Positions 9,575 to 19,183 of a DNA stretch of 62,686 bases are shown piece after piece. A model generated the notes under the pieces. It made no database searches, had not been told where the DNA came from, and saw only the letters and a program-made list of their open reading frames with translations. The DNA is taken from the sequence record DRR723986_11201. One strand, 5' to 3'. The number at the start of each line of letters is the position of its first letter. Position 1 is the first letter of the stretch. The translations under genes and the position numbers were made by a program.

Positions 9575-10821
9575 ACAAGCAGAGCCTGCAATCCTTACAC
9601 CAGCGCACCGGACAATTCGACTGGGGCGAGGCGGTACCTCTGGACGACATCCGAGGCGAGGTTGCCATCGTCGGCGTCGGCGAAACCCAGTACAGCGGAG
9701 CGTCCGGCCGCGACTGCAAGGCGATGGCGCTGGAAGCCATCGCCAATGCCCTGGCAGACGCGCAACTGCAGCCTGACCAGGTTGACGGTTTGATGGTGAG
9801 CTTCGGGATAGCGGAGCAACTGACTCCCGATGACTATCGTGCACATTTTGGCACGACTGGCGAGATCTGGTTTAGTGACCAGGGCGGGGCCATGATCTGG
9901 GGCGCGACCTGCTGCCACACGGCGGCGCAGGCTTTCAGGGCAGGTCTGGCGGGTACAGTGGTCAATGTGTTCTCGGTGGATTGGGCATCCAAGCGCAAGG
10001 CCGGTACCGGCTCACCCGGCGACTACCATGCCAATGAGTCACTGAAAGCGGCTCTGGAGGTTCCGTTCGGCTGGTACCCCCAGCCGCTGTACTTCGCCCT
10101 GTTCATGAATCGCCACATGCATGACTACGGCACAACGCCCGAGCAACTGGCTGCACTGCCACTAACCTTTCGCGAGCATGCCAATAGCCACCCCGGCGCC
10201 GTAATGAGGGACAAGTCGCTCACCCTCGAGGACTATCTCGCGCAGCCGATGCTGGCAGACCCATTTCGGGTTAACGATTGTTGCCTGGTGTCAGATGGTG
10301 CAGGCGCGTTCGTGATTACTACTACCGAAAGAGCGCGAGACCTGCCCACGCAAACCATCGTCGTGGACGGTGTTGGCCAGGGAAGGATTGGCGGTGCGCC
10401 GTATATCAGCCAGCAAAAGATCATCACCGCGACGCCGCAGACATTTTCTGCACCCTGGGCCTATGCGATGGCTGACCTTAGCGCCAGCGACATCGATGTC
10501 ATTGCCATCTACGACTGCTTTTCCGGTACCGCGCTGATGCAGATTGAGGATATGGGCTTCTGTGACAAAGGCGAAGGGGGTGCGTTTGCCCAGGCCGGCA
10601 AGCTGCATTTCAAGCAGGACCGCTCAAAGGGCGGCATCCCCTGTAATACGCACGGCGGCCTGCTCTCTCACGCCTATGTCCTGGGTATTGCCCATGTGAT
10701 TGAGCTGGTTCGCCAGCTGCGCGGCGATGCCTCTAATCAGGTGGTCAACGCCAGGGTAGCTGCCTATGCCGGCTTCACCGCAGAAGAATCGTCCACCTTG
10801 ATTCTGCGCAGGGAGGATTGA
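9571..10821 (+). CDS. Thiolase-superfamily SCP2/Ltp2-like protein (probable retro-aldolase)
   Basis: VAIVGVGET, DCCLVSDGAGA, IYDCFS, NTHGGLLSHAY; ATGA overlap; followed by a DUF35 gene. Confidence 0.88.
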   Translation: MNKQSLQSLHQRTGQFDWGEAVPLDDIRGEVAIVGVGETQYSGASGRDCKAMALEAIANALADAQLQPDQVDGLMVSFGIAEQLTPDDYRAHFGTTGEIWFSDQGGAMIWGATCCHTAAQAFRAGLAGTVVNVFSVDWASKRKAGTGSPGDYHANESLKAALEVPFGWYPQPLYFALFMNRHMHDYGTTPEQLAALPLTFREHANSHPGAVMRDKSLTLEDYLAQPMLADPFRVNDCCLVSDGAGAFVITTTERARDLPTQTIVVDGVGQGRIGGAPYISQQKIITATPQTFSAPWAYAMADLSASDIDVIAIYDCFSGTALMQIEDMGFCDKGEGGAFAQAGKLHFKQDRSKGGIPCNTHGGLLSHAYVLGIAHVIELVRQLRGDASNQVVNARVAAYAGFTAEESSTLILRRED

Positions 10822-10822
10822 G

Positions 10823-11230
10823 GTGATCGACCTGCTTAATCACCCGGTAGCGGGACCGTTCTGGCGCGGTGCAGCACAGGATAAGCTGCTAATGTGCCAC
10901 TGCCTGGGATGTTCCATGGATGTCTGGTACCCGCAGGCGAGTTGTCCGGTGTGTTCAGCAACTACCGAATGGCGTGAGCTGACCGGCCAGGCAAGCCTGC
11001 TATCGTGGACCGTTGTACGCAGGCAGGTGAACGATCTGCTGGCAGTGCCTTATGTTTCAGCGCTTGTCAGACCGGATGACGCGCCGACGACGCAGTTAAT
11101 CGCGCTGCTGCGATGCGAAGACACAAGCAAACTACGTTGCGATATGCCGGTACGGGTTGTTTTCACTGACATCACGCCCCTATCAGGCGCAAGCTATCGC
11201 GCTCCGGTTTTTATTCCCGGCAATCACTAA
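10823..11230 (+). CDS. Zn-ribbon + OB-fold DUF35 (ChsH2 C-terminal-like) protein
   Basis: PFW...CLGC...YPQASCPVC, SWTVV, GMPV-like end; adjacent to the thiolase-like gene. Confidence 0.85.
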   Translation: MIDLLNHPVAGPFWRGAAQDKLLMCHCLGCSMDVWYPQASCPVCSATTEWRELTGQASLLSWTVVRRQVNDLLAVPYVSALVRPDDAPTTQLIALLRCEDTSKLRCDMPVRVVFTDITPLSGASYRAPVFIPGNH

Positions 11231-11250
11231 CTCAGGGCGAGGACACTGCC

Positions 11251-12150
11251 ATGCATATAACAGCGCTTGAAGGTGGTATCGGCGCGAGCGTCGACGGCCT
11301 GGACCTGAATCAGGCGATATCAGCGGAGGATCAGCGTGCGCTGGTCACTGCCTGGCAGCAATACGGTCTGCTGCTGATACCCGGTGCCTGCACGACGCCA
11401 GAAGAGCAGATCCGATTCAGCCGCCTGTTTGGTGACCTGGAAGAGCATCCGCTGAAGACCATTCGCAGTGATGAATTCCCCGAACTGATGGAGCTCAACA
11501 GCGAGGACACCCGAACGAATCCCGTATCCGAGTGGGGTGGGGAGAAGTGGATAGGCCGGCTCGGCTGGCACACGGACCAGATTTACTCCGGCAACCCGAA
11601 TCTTGGCGCCGTGTTACGCGCAGTCAGGCTGCCAACTCACGACGGCCAGACCGGCTTCTCAGACCAGGGCGCGGCCTATGACGCGTTACCTGCACGCACC
11701 CGGGAGGAAATCGACGGTCTGGAAGTCGTTTACCGGTTCGAGGTCAATCTCTACAAAATGCCCTATCTTGATACCTCCGACTATATCGCCGGCCCGGACG
11801 CACCGGACAAGCCTTCCGACGTCGGCTTCCCGGACTTCCCTGACAGTATCTACCCCCTGGTACTGACCCACCCCCATACGGGAAGGAAATTACTGAACAT
11901 CTGCCCCATGTTTCTCAATCATATCCACCAGCGCGAAGATGAAGCCGGTGACCGCCTGCTGCGGGAACTTGTCAGCCACGTGACGCGGCCGGAGTTCAGC
12001 TACCACCACCAGTGGCAGCAGAACGATATGATACTGTGGGACAACTGGCGAATGATGCACTGCGCCCCCGGCATACGACCCGGGGATCAGCGCCTGATTC
12101 ACCGCACAACCATTATCGATCACAACGTACTGGGCAGGGCCGCAGCCTGA
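11251..12150 (+). CDS. TauD/TfdA family Fe(II)/2-oxoglutarate dioxygenase
   Basis: GWHTDQ (HxD), HPHTGRK, WDNWRMMH, RLIHRTT. Confidence 0.92.
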   Translation: MHITALEGGIGASVDGLDLNQAISAEDQRALVTAWQQYGLLLIPGACTTPEEQIRFSRLFGDLEEHPLKTIRSDEFPELMELNSEDTRTNPVSEWGGEKWIGRLGWHTDQIYSGNPNLGAVLRAVRLPTHDGQTGFSDQGAAYDALPARTREEIDGLEVVYRFEVNLYKMPYLDTSDYIAGPDAPDKPSDVGFPDFPDSIYPLVLTHPHTGRKLLNICPMFLNHIHQREDEAGDRLLRELVSHVTRPEFSYHHQWQQNDMILWDNWRMMHCAPGIRPGDQRLIHRTTIIDHNVLGRAAA

Positions 12151-12180
12151 GGCTCAACGACAGCGCACGAGAGTAATAAT

Positions 12181-12939
12181 ATGAACGAAGAGCTGATGGC
12201 GGTGCTGGCGCCGGTGCCACAAAAACGACCACTGCTGCCCGAGATGAGCAATCAGGCCAAACTGGCCCTGCTGTGTCATGCCCTCTACGCCGAGGGTTAC
12301 AGCGATCACATCGCCGGGCATATCAGCTGGCGTCAACCGGATTCGTCCTTGCTGGTTAACCCATGGGAGCTCGCCTGGGACGAGCTGACAGCGGGCGATA
12401 TTCTCAGCCTTGATTCAAACGGCTCGGTAAGCGACGGGGGATGGAACGTCACCCCGGCCATCAACCTGCACACAGCCATCTATGCGCGCCGGCCGGATGT
12501 CAACGTGGTTATCCATAATCACTCGCGCTACGGCACCGTGTGGGCGAACGCGGGTCGCATCCCGCCGATCTACGATCAAACCTCGTCCCAGGTTAACGGC
12601 GAGCTGCGGCTTATCGATGAATACAATGCGCCGGTCAACGACCAGAGCGAAGGTGAGCGCTGTGCCGATTTGCTGGGTGACGCCAAATGGGCCCTGCTGG
12701 CAAACCATGGCGTGATCGTGGTTGGCGCGAGTATAGAGCAGGCCTATTTACGCGCGGCCACCCTGGAATGGCGCAGTCGCGTGGCCTTTGAGGTCGAGGC
12801 ACTGGGGGCCAGCTCTGCCCTGCCCGCCAGCGTGACAGAGCCCCTGGGCGACATGATTGACGGCAACGGCTTTCCTTTCCTATGGGAAGCCATGGCGCGA
12901 CGGGTCATCCGGCGGTTTCCGGCTGTACTCGACTCCTAG
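12181..12939 (+). CDS. Class II aldolase/adducin family protein
   Basis: GHIS, LHTAIY..RPDV..VIHNHS, LLANHG metal-binding motifs. Confidence 0.9.
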   Translation: MNEELMAVLAPVPQKRPLLPEMSNQAKLALLCHALYAEGYSDHIAGHISWRQPDSSLLVNPWELAWDELTAGDILSLDSNGSVSDGGWNVTPAINLHTAIYARRPDVNVVIHNHSRYGTVWANAGRIPPIYDQTSSQVNGELRLIDEYNAPVNDQSEGERCADLLGDAKWALLANHGVIVVGASIEQAYLRAATLEWRSRVAFEVEALGASSALPASVTEPLGDMIDGNGFPFLWEAMARRVIRRFPAVLDS

Positions 12940-13045
12940 AGTAGCTAGTCCGTCCATGCCGCTTCCACCATAAAAGCGCAGGTTCGCCCTGTTCGACAGT
13001 AAAACGCTTGCCCCTTTTGTGGGATCTTCTCCCGCAGCTCTCAGG

Positions 13046-14728
13046 TCACCGGGTCAATGGGAGCGGTTCCCGCAACCAGAGGCGCCGAACCTCGTCATCC
13101 AGCCCGGTGAGATCCCAGCGAAGCAGCGACAAGGGCAACAGCCCTGCGGTCATGATGTAGTCATGAAACGCCTTTAGCTCGAAGTCATCGCCCAGTTGCC
13201 GTTTGCGGTCTGCCAAAAGACGCTCCATCTGGAGTTTGCCCACGGTATAGCCGATCCCGTAGCCGGGTGGTCTGCGCAGGTAAATCTCTGCATCCACTCG
13301 CGCGACATCTGCATCCAGATAGGGCACCCGCTCCATCCAGTAGGTCACGGCGGCGTCAGCGTTCATGCGATGGGTTTGCAGCCAGACGTCGGCAGGAATC
13401 CGCGCCGCGCGAAATATCCCGAATATCTGGATCAACTCCCTAACCCGGGGCTGGTCTTCGAACAAGCCAGCTTGCAGCATGGCCTCCTCGAGATAGGTCG
13501 CCCAGCCTTCCACCCGCGCCCCTGAATAGATCTTGCTGCGGATCGGGTGCGCCTGCCGCTCGGCCATCAGGATGTCAAAACGGTGCCCGGGTATCACCGC
13601 GTGCAGATGGTCTGGCGATGGGTCGCGGAACTGCACCTCTTCCCAGAAATTGCGCCCCTTGGGTCGAACCAGCCAGGGCACGTTGGTGTCCAGTATGCCC
13701 ACGTCGTCGGGAATGGTGATGATCGATTCGTCGCGCAGGAACGTGCGTATGCGAGTATCGGTTGCGGCTATACGGCTCGCATAATCCTCGCCGTCAGCCG
13801 CAGGTTTCAACTCGGACAGCCCGCGGTTGCGATGTCGCTCAAGCGCATACAGGCCCCACAGTCGATCCAGTTCACGCTCTCCCAGTACCACCAGATCGTC
13901 ACTGTCCCAGGGCATCATCTTCACGTGTTTCAGGTACCAGTCGAAGGCCGCCTTGCCTGAGCCGGCACTGGCACTCCAGGTGGGGCGCTGTTCCTGCAGC
14001 CAGTCCTTAAAAGCGGTTACTGCTTCCCCAGCGGCGACAATATCGTCCACCAGGTCTGGCTGGGTTTTTTCCGCGCGCGCCAGCAGGTCCTGGTACCAGC
14101 CTATAACCCCTGCCGGCGGCGTCGCTCGATACGGGTGACCGTGACCGACACCATCGCTGTGGGACAAGTTGTGCAGCGCCAGGTCGGCATAGTCGGCGGC
14201 GACCTCGTCCAGCGTTTCCCGGGCCTGGGCAATCAGCACCGGCATTGATCGCAGCTCCGCCAGCAGACGGGTCTTTTGCTCACCGCTGACCGGCAGCTCG
14301 GTAAAAGTCGGCCACAGCATCTTGTCGACATAGAAGCCGGGGTCGCGCGCCCAGGGTCTGGAAAGCCTTAGCAGGTACTCCTGCTGGTCCAACCGGGAGC
14401 GCACGGCAAGCCAGTCTACCTGCTGTGCACGGGGCCAGCTGGCGACGTTCATGGTCGTCAGCTTGCTTTGAAGTAGTGCCAGCGCCTCAAGGCGCGTGGC
14501 GATATGCGATGGACTATTGTTCGCGACCGATGCAATCGCTTGCCCGGCACCGTTCACGGTAATGTTGGCTAGCGGATCGGCGGTGCTGGCTTTCCAGTCT
14601 TCAAAAGACTCGACTAAGGCGATCAGTTCGCTGTAACTGCCGGTTCCGGCAGGCGGACCAACGCTCGGCGCCGCCAGGGCAACGCTCACATTGAGCGACA
14701 AAAGGAGGCTGAATAACAGTGTCCGCAT
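13046..14728 (-). CDS. DUF885 family secreted protein (metallopeptidase-like fold)
   Basis: Signal peptide MRTLLFSLLL..ALA; HAVIPGH, EGWATYLE, PGYGIGYTVGK, FELKAFHD..G.LPL motifs. Confidence 0.85.
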   Translation of the reverse strand: MRTLLFSLLLSLNVSVALAAPSVGPPAGTGSYSELIALVESFEDWKASTADPLANITVNGAGQAIASVANNSPSHIATRLEALALLQSKLTTMNVASWPRAQQVDWLAVRSRLDQQEYLLRLSRPWARDPGFYVDKMLWPTFTELPVSGEQKTRLLAELRSMPVLIAQARETLDEVAADYADLALHNLSHSDGVGHGHPYRATPPAGVIGWYQDLLARAEKTQPDLVDDIVAAGEAVTAFKDWLQEQRPTWSASAGSGKAAFDWYLKHVKMMPWDSDDLVVLGERELDRLWGLYALERHRNRGLSELKPAADGEDYASRIAATDTRIRTFLRDESIITIPDDVGILDTNVPWLVRPKGRNFWEEVQFRDPSPDHLHAVIPGHRFDILMAERQAHPIRSKIYSGARVEGWATYLEEAMLQAGLFEDQPRVRELIQIFGIFRAARIPADVWLQTHRMNADAAVTYWMERVPYLDADVARVDAEIYLRRPPGYGIGYTVGKLQMERLLADRKRQLGDDFELKAFHDYIMTAGLLPLSLLRWDLTGLDDEVRRLWLREPLPLTR

Positions 14729-14911
14729 ATCGGAGAGTCCTTTACAACGGGTAGGTAGCACTATCAGGCACAATGAGTATAGCCTTATCACTCGCAGCGC
14801 CAAGTTACTGTAGAGGTAATATCAGCCACGCCATCTCAGGGAGGCTATCTGCTTGTTCCAGGGCTGGTATTTAATCCAGCGGCCAGACCTCGAAGCGGAT
14901 AGAATCACGAC

Positions 14912-15721
14912 ATGATCGCCCTTATTCCCATTGGGGCCGCGCTGGCGGCCTTTCTCTCCTACATCGGCTACCTGCGGTGGCGGGACTGGTCTGTGCGCCG
15001 CCGCCCTTTCCCGCCGGAGTGGCTGGACACGCTGAGCACTGGCTTGCCCGTCTATCCAAGGCTTTCCCCTGAACAGCAAACGCGACTGCGGGACATGGTC
15101 AAGTTCTTCATAGACCGCAAACGGTTTTACGGCTGTGCTGGCTTAACGGTCACTGACGAGATGCGCGTGATCATTGCCGCGGAGGCCTGCCTGCTGGTTC
15201 TCAACCGGGGTGGCGCCCTGTATCCCAAACTGAAATCAATCCTGGTGTATCCGACAGCATTTCGGGTCAATAGGGATGAACATCAGGCAGATGGAACAGT
15301 CGCCGAGGGCGGCCATAACCTGCTGGGCGAGTCGTGGAACAATGGTCGCGTGATACTGTCCTGGGATGACGTCTCACGGGGTGTGGCCGACTTTTCAGAC
15401 GGGCATAACGTGGTACTGCACGAATTCGCGCACCAGCTGGATGCCGAGTCCGGGGTGACCAATGGGGCTCCGCCATTGCGCAGCAACAGTTACAAAGCCT
15501 GGGCCGCCATCTTCACCCGGAATTTCGAGGACCTCGAGGCACGCAGTATTCGTGGCCTGGATACGGTGATGGATGAGTATGGCGCTACCAATCCAGCGGA
15601 GTTCTTCGCCGTTGCGACGGAAACATTTTTCGAAAAGCCCAACGAATTACACAGCAGACGCCCTGAACTTTACGAGCAATTGAAAAAGTACTACCAGGCT
15701 GACCCACGGGAATGGCACTGA
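14912..15721 (+). CDS. mtfA: Zinc-dependent peptidase M90 (MtfA-like)
   Basis: IAAEACLL, GESW, GHNVVLHEFAHQLD, YGATNPAEFFAVATETFFE. Confidence 0.88.
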   Translation: MIALIPIGAALAAFLSYIGYLRWRDWSVRRRPFPPEWLDTLSTGLPVYPRLSPEQQTRLRDMVKFFIDRKRFYGCAGLTVTDEMRVIIAAEACLLVLNRGGALYPKLKSILVYPTAFRVNRDEHQADGTVAEGGHNLLGESWNNGRVILSWDDVSRGVADFSDGHNVVLHEFAHQLDAESGVTNGAPPLRSNSYKAWAAIFTRNFEDLEARSIRGLDTVMDEYGATNPAEFFAVATETFFEKPNELHSRRPELYEQLKKYYQADPREWH

Positions 15722-15745
15722 ACTCTTGACGAGAAAGCAAACCGC

Positions 15746-16381
15746 CTAGCGACGTCGCAACCTCTCGACAATCACCCGGCCGTTGTTATCCAGCAGCCCG
15801 CGGACTTCAACATAGTCCCCTGCGCGCGGTGAGTCGTCGATCCGGGTACGGGAATCAATGCCCAGCTCCAGACCATCCAGGCTTCGCTCCTTATCGAGCG
15901 TGCCATGCAAACGCACGGTGGCACCGGCCGGAATATCGGCCGCCTTACCCGCGCTATCTTTCGCACCCTGCGCTATCCAGCTTTCGATCAGGCGGATCTC
16001 ATCCTCCGCAAGGTAGGGTGGGCCGTCAAACGGCATCCTGGGCTTTGCCTGCCCCCGAATACGCCTGACCAACTCACTGGCATCGGGGCTTCCCGCTACC
16101 ACCCGGACCCTGTCAGTGACCGACATCGTCGCAGCATAGGATGTGAGCTGGTAACCTTCCGGTGCGCTGCCCATCAAACCCTGTTCGGCATGGCACTTGG
16201 CGCAACGTATCGCAAGTATCGGGGCCACATCCTGAAAGCTTATCTCGGGCGTAGGCTCAGACCTGGCGGCCTCAACCAGGCAGAGCGGCAGCAATAACAC
16301 CAGCCAAAACCTCAGTGCGGTAAGCCTATCGCCCCTCACTGATCGCGCGCTGCCAATACTCCTTGTGATCAACTCATGCAT
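15746..16381 (-). CDS. Monoheme c-type cytochrome (planctomycete cytochrome C-like domain) with C-terminal DUF5666-like beta domain
   Basis: SFQDVAPIL..RCAKCH (CxxCH), SELVRRI..RMP, EIRLIESWIAQGA; C-terminal GDYVEVRG; signal-like hydrophobic stretch; start taken at ATG 16381. Confidence 0.75.
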   Translation of the reverse strand: MHELITRSIGSARSVRGDRLTALRFWLVLLLPLCLVEAARSEPTPEISFQDVAPILAIRCAKCHAEQGLMGSAPEGYQLTSYAATMSVTDRVRVVAGSPDASELVRRIRGQAKPRMPFDGPPYLAEDEIRLIESWIAQGAKDSAGKAADIPAGATVRLHGTLDKERSLDGLELGIDSRTRIDDSPRAGDYVEVRGLLDNNGRVIVERLRRR

Positions 16382-16478
16382 AGAGCCCTCTCTTAAGGCG
16401 TTTTGAACTCCCGCAACAGGATACCCGTTTCTGTCACCGGCGCCACGGTCGCTTCCCGCTGCTAAGGCGTTTCGACTG

Positions 16479-17567
16479 TCAGCTAGCGAAGCGCGAAAGC
16501 CGAAGAAATTCGTAGTCACAGCGGGGAACCTGCTGCGTGGCCATATCAACAAGCAATTCACCGAGGGCCGAGGCAAACTTGAAGCCATGCCCGGAAAGCC
16601 CAGCGGCAAAAGCAATATTGTCACTGCCTGGATACCGGTCAATGATGAAATGCTCGTCCGGCGTTCGCGTGTAAAAGCAGGTTTGATGAGCCAGGCGCTG
16701 CAGGCTGACACCGGGCAGGTGGTCACGAACGAAGGCCTCAATCCGTTGATTATCAACCGGGTCCGGCTCTCTGCCCGCGTTAAGTGGATCGCTCACCAGT
16801 TCCCCGCCCGAGTGCTCGGCGACCTTCAGACGCCCGTCCTGTGCAGGAAAGCCGTAGAATTGACCGTGGGGTAGATCGAAAAAGAAGCCACTTCGATAGC
16901 GGGAATCGTCGCACTGGAACCAGTGCAGGTGTTTACGATTAACCAGAAGCGGCAGCTCAAGCGCTGGCAGCAACTCAGCATTCCAGGCTCCGCCCGCAAT
17001 CACCAGGGAATCAGCGCTATAGCTCTCGCTGCCAACCGATACAGTCACGCCGGAGCCATCGCTTCGCCACTCACTAACAGCCTCGCCCCAGCGGTGCAGC
17101 GCCCCGTCAGCACTCGCCTGATCGAGATGAGCGCGAACGCAAGTCTCCACCGGCAACCAACCCGCCTGGGCCTCATGCAGTGCTGTGAAGTTGTCTGGCA
17201 CCACAAAGTGAGGGGCCGCTTCAGGGGCGACCGCTTCGATTTCCAACTGGTGCGTCCTGGCGGAATCCAGCACACCTTCAATAATCTGGCCGCCGTCTGG
17301 GCCAAAATACATCACGCCACTGCGCTGTAACAGCGTTGGGTCCAAAGCGTCCCACAGTTCGTAGCTACGCTTCAGCAATGGCACGTAATCTGCGTGCTCA
17401 AAATACGACAGACGGATGAGCCGGGATTCGCCATGTGAACTGCCGCGGTCATGCGCAGGAGGAAAGCGATCAATACCGAGGCAGCGCAAACCACGCTGTG
17501 CGGCATGATAAAGGGCGGCGCTGCCCACTCCGCCCGTACCGAGAACGATAAGATCGAAATGCTTCAC
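16479..17567 (-). CDS. solA: N-methyl-L-tryptophan oxidase / monomeric sarcosine oxidase
   Basis: GTGGVG FAD motif, GSSHGESRLIR, CFYTRTPDEHF, GLSGHGFKF. Confidence 0.9.
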   Translation of the reverse strand: MKHFDLIVLGTGGVGSAALYHAAQRGLRCLGIDRFPPAHDRGSSHGESRLIRLSYFEHADYVPLLKRSYELWDALDPTLLQRSGVMYFGPDGGQIIEGVLDSARTHQLEIEAVAPEAAPHFVVPDNFTALHEAQAGWLPVETCVRAHLDQASADGALHRWGEAVSEWRSDGSGVTVSVGSESYSADSLVIAGGAWNAELLPALELPLLVNRKHLHWFQCDDSRYRSGFFFDLPHGQFYGFPAQDGRLKVAEHSGGELVSDPLNAGREPDPVDNQRIEAFVRDHLPGVSLQRLAHQTCFYTRTPDEHFIIDRYPGSDNIAFAAGLSGHGFKFASALGELLVDMATQQVPRCDYEFLRLSRFAS

Positions 17568-17623
17568 AAGGGCTACTCGTGACTAGTTCGCTAACGGGGA
17601 CCAACTATAAGCAACTTCAAATA

Positions 17624-19075
17624 CTATGGCGATACTCGCGCCTCGGTCTCCGCCAGACGGGCCTGCAGCCAGTAGATTTCGTAATCATTCTTCACGCCCG
17701 CTTCGGCACGGTGCACAAGCGTTTCCAGAGCTTGCTTGCGCAGGGTCAAGGCGGCCTTGTTGTCCGGGTTTGCCGCCAGTTCCATCTCCACCAGGTGAAG
17801 CGTCTTGACCGGCTCGCCCTGTGCCAGGTGATTGGTCGCCAGGCTCAGCAAGGCCTCACTGCCAGCAGCCCGCGCCAATTCCGCATAGACCTCGCTGACC
17901 GGCACGGGATATAGCTCGGTCGTACTCTGGAAATGGAACCAGGTCGCGTAATAGTCGTAGATGCTGCGCACCGCCCAGTCGACCTTGCCGTGGTTCTGCA
18001 CCAGCTCCAGTTCCGGCGGCAGCTGGATCTCCTTCATCAACTGATGCACCGGCTTGCCCGCATTCATTCCTGCTACCGTGGCGTCGTGAACATAACGCAC
18101 CGCATCACGAATCCGGGTCATACCGGCCCGTATCTCCGCTGCCCCGGTCGTCGGGTTATGGTGACTGGGGAGAATAATATCTGGCTCCAGCGCAATCAGC
18201 AGGTCCAGCGAGCGGATATACTCAGCCGGTTTGCGCACTTTCTCTCCGCGCATGGTGAATACATTGGGGAACTGGGGGAACTGCGGACCGAAGAAGTCGC
18301 CGCTAATCAGGATCTTCTGTGCTGGCAGCCATAGCACCGCATTATCGGCGCCCTCAGCGCCCGGGGTGCCAATCACCTGAAATTCCACGCCGCCAAGCGC
18401 GAAACGGTGGCGCTCCCAGTCACCCACGGTAATAGTCGGCTCAACGCCACCGTAGCGCATCATCGCGATGTCTGGTCGGTCTTCCCAGGCGGGCATCCAG
18501 GGGAACAGCGTGCGATTGCGGCGATACTGGTAGGGCTCAAGCTCGCTGAGGTAACGCTGCTCTTCGAGAAAATCCTCGTGAGCGATGATGTCCGTCGCCC
18601 CCTCCTGCCAGTAGCGAGTTCCGCCGATATGATCCGCGTGGGAGTGGCTGAGCACGATATAGCGCACGGGACCATCGGACACCGCTTTCAGCGCCTTCCT
18701 CTGCGCGGCCACCTGCAGCACCAGACCGGTATCGAATACCACATTCCCCTCGTCCGTGGTGACCATGACGGTATTGGCCACCCCGGTGGCATAGTAAATA
18801 TTGTCCGCCAGCTGTCGCACCTCTATCGGGCGCTTGATCAGGTCAACCGCGCTGCCGTGGGTTGCCGTACCCTCATCGCCGGTTGCCAATCGGCTGACCG
18901 CCACCTCACCAACCACCTCCAGGGTCTTCAGCTCTGCCTGCTTTTTCAGCCCGGCGCCCGCTTCCTCGTCCAGCACCAGCCAGACAGCCGGTAACGCGCC
19001 AATGGCAAGCAGGACCAAAAGCACCCTGCCGATTCCGCCTGCTTCGCGGGTAAAGGTCATAGCTTGGTATCTCAT
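17624..19075 (-). CDS. MBL-fold hydrolase, alkyl-sulfatase (SdsA-like) with dimerisation domain
   Basis: SHSHADHIGG (HxHxDH), SGDF..FPNVFTMRG, HGKVDWAVRSIY..Y.TWF. Confidence 0.85.
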   Translation of the reverse strand: MRYQAMTFTREAGGIGRVLLVLLAIGALPAVWLVLDEEAGAGLKKQAELKTLEVVGEVAVSRLATGDEGTATHGSAVDLIKRPIEVRQLADNIYYATGVANTVMVTTDEGNVVFDTGLVLQVAAQRKALKAVSDGPVRYIVLSHSHADHIGGTRYWQEGATDIIAHEDFLEEQRYLSELEPYQYRRNRTLFPWMPAWEDRPDIAMMRYGGVEPTITVGDWERHRFALGGVEFQVIGTPGAEGADNAVLWLPAQKILISGDFFGPQFPQFPNVFTMRGEKVRKPAEYIRSLDLLIALEPDIILPSHHNPTTGAAEIRAGMTRIRDAVRYVHDATVAGMNAGKPVHQLMKEIQLPPELELVQNHGKVDWAVRSIYDYYATWFHFQSTTELYPVPVSEVYAELARAAGSEALLSLATNHLAQGEPVKTLHLVEMELAANPDNKAALTLRKQALETLVHRAEAGVKNDYEIYWLQARLAETEARVSP

Positions 19076-19183
19076 CGCGTGTCCTCAGGCTGGCATAGCG
19101 CCCGCCGAGCCTTGCCGGGCTGAAAAGTGAACGAGCTGACGCCGAGGAATTCGACGCCGGGGAAGACGGTACCTGATATCGGT

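Noticed and set aside
16382-16756. N-terminal extension of the cytochrome ORF (and similar extensions of gltD, BatB, gcvT, cyclase, SBP, TonB receptor)
   Set aside because: Extensions overlap neighbouring genes or promoters; downstream ATGs with RBS or signal peptides fit better
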